Assembly: GCA_038087875.1 (NCBI GenBank)
Contig: JAXLNO010000235.1
Location: 62,001 to 126,000 of the forward strand
DNA length: 64,000 bases
Origin: Malacoraja senta
Lineage: Eukaryota
Direction: 5' to 3'
The position numbers and the translations under genes were made by a program. The stretch's first letter is position 1, and the number at the start of each line of letters is the position of its first letter. The notes beneath the pieces are model-generated. The model was not told where the DNA came from. It did no database searches and saw nothing but the letters and a program-made list of their open reading frames with translations. Positions 61,916-64,000 of the stretch are shown here, in pieces.

Positions 61916-62091
61916 CTGTCTCTGACTACATTTTATCTCTGTGGCCACTCTCGTCATCACTCTGAAGAAGGGTCTCAACATGAAACGTCACCCATTCCTT
62001 CTCGCCAGAGATGCTGCCCGTCTCGCTGAGTTACTCCAGCATTTTGTTTCTTATCTTTGATTTAAAATACATTTTGACAGGTCTGGAAAGG

Positions 62092-64000
62092 TTGATGATG
62101 GTGTTAGTACCATGTACAGGTGTGCAGTCGTAGGTGAAGAGGGAGTAGAGGAGGGGGCTCAGCACACAGCCCTGTGGAACGCCGGTGTTCAGGGTGAGGG
62201 TTGAAGAGGTGTGGTTGTCTGACCTAACAGACTGGGGTCTGTTAGTTAGAAAGTCCAGTATCCAGTTGCAGAGGGAGGGGTCGATGCCCAGGTCGCTGAG
62301 TTTGGTCATCAGTTTTGAGGGGATAATGATGTTAAATGCTGAGATGAACAGCATTCTCACGTAGGTGTCTCTGTTGTCGAGGTGGGAGAGGGCGGAGTGA
62401 AGTGCCGTTGAGATGGCATGCTCCGTACTCCTGTTCTTGCAGTAGGCGAACTGATAGGGATCCAGTGTGGGAGGTAGGCAGCCTTTGAGGTGTGCCAGGA
62501 CCAGCCTCTCGAAGCACTTAGTGATGATGGGAGTAAGTGCAACTGGGCAGAAGTCGTTGAGGCTCGCCGCAGTGGAGTGTTTTGGCACCGGCACGAGGGA
62601 GGTGGTTTTAAGGCACGTGGGGACAACTGCTTGGGCATGTGACAGGTTGAAGATGTCAGTCTAGAGAGTAGGTTAATTTGGTATAAATGTAAATTGTCCC
62701 TAGTGTGCGTGGGGTAGTTTAATGCACGGGTATCGCTGGTTGACGTGGACGCGGTGGGCTGAAGGGCCTGATTCTGTGCTGTATCTCTAAACTAAACTAA
62801 AAAAGTTCTGACTGTCTGGTTAAAGATATGAACACATGGGCTCACTGGTCTGCGGGCTATAGGAAGAATCTTGTACTTTGGTGACTTTCACAAGCAATGT
62901 TAAACTGAGACCAACGAAGTAACGGCAATAGTTTGTTTTAGAGAGATGGCGTGAAAACAGGCCCTTCCGCCTACCGAGCCCGCGCCAACTAACGATCACC
63001 TGTACACTAGTCCTATATCCTTCACACTAGGGGCAATTTACAGACATCAATTAACCTACACACCAGCACATCTCTAGAATGTGGGAGGAAACCAGAGCAC
63101 CGGAAGGAATCCCACGTGGGTCACAGGGAGAACCTACAAACTACACGCACACGTAGACAGGATCGAACCCGGGTCTCTGGCACCGTAAGGCAGCAACTCT
63201 TAGTCTATCGCTGCGCCACCATGCTGATCAATTCACTTGATGCTAAGGAAGTTGTATGTCAGCCCTCTGCAAACTTTAAAACCCAATGAGATGTTCCTTC
63301 TCCATTTTGTACATCAAGTCCTCTCCGTCATTCAATCATATCTGGATTGGCATGGCTTAGAACATCAGAAAAACCCTCTGCCACAGCCACTGATTTCTCA
63401 GGGACTACAAAGGGAAAATGTACTCCAGTAATCCCTCTGTGTGCTTTATATCTGTCTGTTAAGCTGTTCAGATTTGTCAAATATTGAATTGCATTCCAAC
63501 AATGGAGTCTTTAGGTTTATAGAGTTAAGCGTGAAACTGATAAAGCAGAAGTATTTTCGTGCCAGGAACAAACTACACACTCTTTGACTATAGACAACTC
63601 TCATTTGGCAAATGGCAAAAATATTCTGCTGTTTTTAAAGTATTTTTCCCCAACATGGCAGTGTGGCTCAGCGGTGGAGTTGCTGCCTCACTGCGCCGGA
63701 GACCCAGGTGCTGTCTGTACAGAGTATGTATGTTCCCCTCGTGACCAGCGTGGGTTTTCTACGGATGCTCCGGTTTCCTCCCACACTCCAAAGACGTGCA
63801 GGTTTGTAGGTTAATTGGCTTTGGTAAAAAGTCCCCAGTGTGTAGGATAGTGAGGGTGTAGAGGTGAATACTGGTCGGCGTGGACTCGGTGGGCCAAAGG
63901 GCCCGTTGCCACACTGTATCTCGAAATGAAAACACTTGAGATTTAATATTGTTTGTGCTGGAGTAACTCAGCGGGTTGAGCAGCATCTCTGGAGAACATG
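62092..64000. repeat. Tandem unit copy 3 (start only, runs off the window)
   Basis: Matches 41727-43635, including the Rex1 fragment and SINEs. Confidence 0.95.

Larger units (their letters stand above)
41727..62091. repeat. Tandem unit copy 2 (15.6 kb plus a 4.75 kb Gypsy insertion)
   Basis: The same junction ggaaaggTTGAtgatggtg occurs at 41727 and 62092. Confidence 0.95.

Noticed and set aside
26178..64000. Tandem copies as a pure assembly artefact
   Set aside because: The copies differ by SNPs, indels and a TSD-flanked insertion, and share a novel junction. An artefact is unlikely but cannot be excluded without reads.

Overview
Vertebrate genomic DNA that is almost entirely repeats. The SINE, CR1 and Penelope families present suggest a cartilaginous fish such as a skate or ray (inferred). 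No intact host gene is visible. Layout: (i) 1-5202 is a decayed minus-strand endogenous retrovirus (ERV) with a tRNA-Pro primer-binding site (PBS); (ii) 5203-14512 is an inverted duplication with ~3.7 kb arms, each carrying a related ERV LTR and leader; (iii) 15719-20753 is a structurally complete but decayed DIRS tyrosine-recombinase retrotransposon; (iv) 26178-64000 is a tandem array of a ~15.6 kb unit (two full copies plus the start of a third). Each full unit ends in a 5'-truncated epsilon-like ERV. Copy 2 also holds a very young Mag-type Gypsy element with LTRs that read identical. The main finding is the env of the amplified ERV. Its TM subunit looks like filovirus GP2: a Cys-bounded internal fusion loop, both sequons conserved, and a gapless 66-aa match with ~32 identities to Ebola GP2 as recalled from memory. 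Coordinates were read by eye and may be off by a few bases. No database searches were run.
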